A stretch of DNA of 64,000 bases from Macrostomum hystrix (Eukaryota > Animalia > Platyhelminthes). The stretch is from positions 992,001 through 1,056,000 of the forward strand of contig CATNEN010000031.1 in assembly GCA_950097015.1 (NCBI GenBank). Direction: 5' to 3'. The position numbers were made by a program, and so were the translations under genes. The notes under the pieces were generated by a model. It was not told the origin of the DNA. It made no database searches and saw only the letters and a list, made by a program, of their open reading frames with translations. This document shows, piece after piece, positions 61,851 to 64,000 of the stretch; the stretch's first letter is position 1, and each line of letters starts with the position of its first letter.

Positions 61851-63081
61851 CAAATTAAAAAAGCTAGAAATTCATGAAGAGCAAATGAGTAGGCGTCTGG
61901 GACTGCGGAAAGAAGCTCTTCTTCTCGTCTCGCTTCAATGCTGGCCAATGAATGAATGATGAATTTGAGAGAGCCTAAAATGTTCCAGAATTAGGGCCAA
62001 AAGCTGCAGTCTTTAAGTTAAAGTCTTTCTATCCAATTGCATGACCAGCCAGCGCACAAACCCCCCCTTTTTAAAAGCAAGCTATCTATTCTATGACTCC
62101 ATTCGGGGGGTTGGCGTTTGCGCTGAAAGTCTCATATGTACATTCTCTATGTACATTTGCTCCGCCCAGACAAATTGCGGGCCGCGTGCACGCGAGAGCT
62201 GAGTTTAAGGGCACATTTAAAACGAGAAAAAGAGTTCAAGCGGAGAAGGGTCTCGAGAAAGTGATCTGTCTTGTTCATGCTGGTTCCAAAAAAGGCGCCG
62301 TTGCATTATGTAAGCGGCTTACGCATGCAGGGCCAGTTGTTTTAAAATTTCAACAACTAGCACGATAATTCCCCTTGTTAAAACTATTTTTGTATTATTT
62401 GAAATATATCATGCTGCTTGATAGTTCTGATCCAGGATTGAAAAGACTAAGAAATTTAACTAGTCGACACATTTTAATAATAAAGTAATATAGTTGTGTT
62501 AACAGTCGGGCTTTGTTTTTCATGCAGCTGCATTTTTTGTTGTTGTAAATAAACTACAAAATGTGCTGCCCATGTAGATTACAGTACAGTTAGTAACATT
62601 GTTAGCTTCATCGGCTCATGATTCACAATTCATTGTAGGGCCTAGTCAAACAAAGAGGATACCTCTAATAAAGCTCATATAGGATATGGCAGGAGATAAG
62701 GGCTTTAAAGAGCAAGAGTGAGACTCATTTCCACTTTCATCTCTATCCCGTGACCTGGCTGGCTGAGCCTAGTGACTGTCTCTGTCGGGCCTCTTACACC
62801 GCGTGCAATACAGGCTGTGGCTCGCTGGGCAATAATCAGCTCTATGGACCAGCTGGAAGCGAGTATTGAAATTCAGCCGTAAGCTTCGCATAAAATAGTG
62901 CAGCGTGAGCTTACTCATACAGTCAGTCATTGAATTGCAGTCTTGAGGGAAGCTAACATCTTTATTGCATGAGCATTGACATTATCGATGGTAACGCAGA
63001 GGCAAATACTTGCACACACCTTCTCTGCCATACAGGATAATGTAATCGAAAAAGAGGTCAAAACTGTACCTGGAGCTTGGA

Positions 63082-64000
63082 GGTTGATGAGTGACCAAAA
63101 CTACCTGGAGGTTGATGAGTGACCAAAACTACCTGGAGGTTGATGAGTGACCAAAACTACCTGGAGGTTGATGAGTGACCAAAACTACCTGGAGGTTGAT
63201 GAGTGACCAAAACTACCTGGAGGTTGATGAGTGACGAAAACTACCTGGAGGTTGATGAGTGACCAAAACTACCTGGTGGTTGATGAGTGACCAAAACTAC
63301 CTGGAGGTTGATGAGTGACGAAAACTACCTGGAGGTTGATGAGTGACCAAAACTACCTGGAGGTTGATGAGTGACCAAAACTACCTGGAGGTTGATGAGT
63401 GACCAAAACTACCTGGAGGTTGATGAGTGACCAAAACTACCTGGAGGTTGATGAGTGACCAAAACTACCTGGAGGTTGATGAGTGACCAAAACTACCTGG
63501 AGGTTGATGAGTGACGAAAACTACCTGGAGGTTGATGAGTGACCAAAACTACCTGGTGGTTGATGAGTGACCAAAACTACCTGGAGGTTGATGAGTGACG
63601 AAAACTACCTGGAGGTTGATGAGTGACCAAAACTACCTGGAGGTTGATGAGTGACCAAAACTACCTGGAGGTTGATGAGTGACCAAAACTACCTGGAGGT
63701 TGATGAGTGACCAAAACTACCTGGAGGTTGATGAGTGACCAAAACTACCTGGAGGTTGATGAGTGACGAAAACTACCTGGAGGTTGATGAGTGACCAAAA
63801 CTACCTGGTGGTTGATGAGTGACCAAAACTACCTGGAGGTTGATGAGTGACGAAAACTACCTGGAGGTTGATGAGTGACCAAAACTACCTGGAGGTTGAT
63901 GAGTGACGAAAACTACCTGGAGGTTGATGAGTGACGAAAACTACCTGGAGGTTAATGAGTGACCAAAACTACCTGGAGGTTGATGAGTGACGAAAACTAC
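63082..64000. repeat. 28-bp minisatellite CTGGAGGTTGATGAGTGAC(C/G)AAAACTAC
   Basis: More than 32 copies, running off the right edge. Confidence 0.97.

Noticed and set aside
62961-62971. TTTATTGCATG resembling the 3' end of a flatworm spliced leader as I recall it
   Set aside because: Only 11 nt, not followed by a GT donor, and no upstream match or Sm site.
1694-64000. CRISPR array interpretation of any tandem array
   Set aside because: Units are directly adjacent with no unique spacers, there are no cas genes, and the context is eukaryotic.
63082-64000. Minimal hammerhead-like TTGATGAG-TGA-CGAAA in some 28-bp units
   Set aside because: C3 is replaced by U, stem III cannot pair even as a dimer, and most units have CCAAAA instead of CGAAAA.

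Overview
Eukaryotic (animal) genomic DNA with GC-rich exons, spliceosomal introns, and about 30 minisatellite arrays covering roughly a third of the window by my estimate. The style suggests an invertebrate, possibly a free-living flatworm such as Macrostomum, but that is inference only. Left to right: (1) a decayed Tc1/mariner transposase; (2) a 2-exon DxD glycosyltransferase of the GT32/SUR1-OCH1 type on +; (3) a 12-exon choline-transporter-like SLC44 gene on -, with one unresolved 1-nt phase problem; (4) an inverted-repeat element in the divergent intergenic region; (5) an intronless SLC16/MCT transporter on +; (6) a 5.2-kb palindrome carrying two head-to-head copies of a basic, secreted, ependymin-like 222-aa gene; (7) a 16-exon, ~2208-aa plexin on - whose exon phases all join. 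Plexin introns carry tRNA-derived SINE copies and inverted repeat pairs. No rRNA, intact tRNA or CRISPR array is supported. I see no clearly new system. The best leads are the palindromic gene pair, the inverted intronic repeats around the plexin GAP exons, locus-restricted minisatellite families, and a structured SINE.
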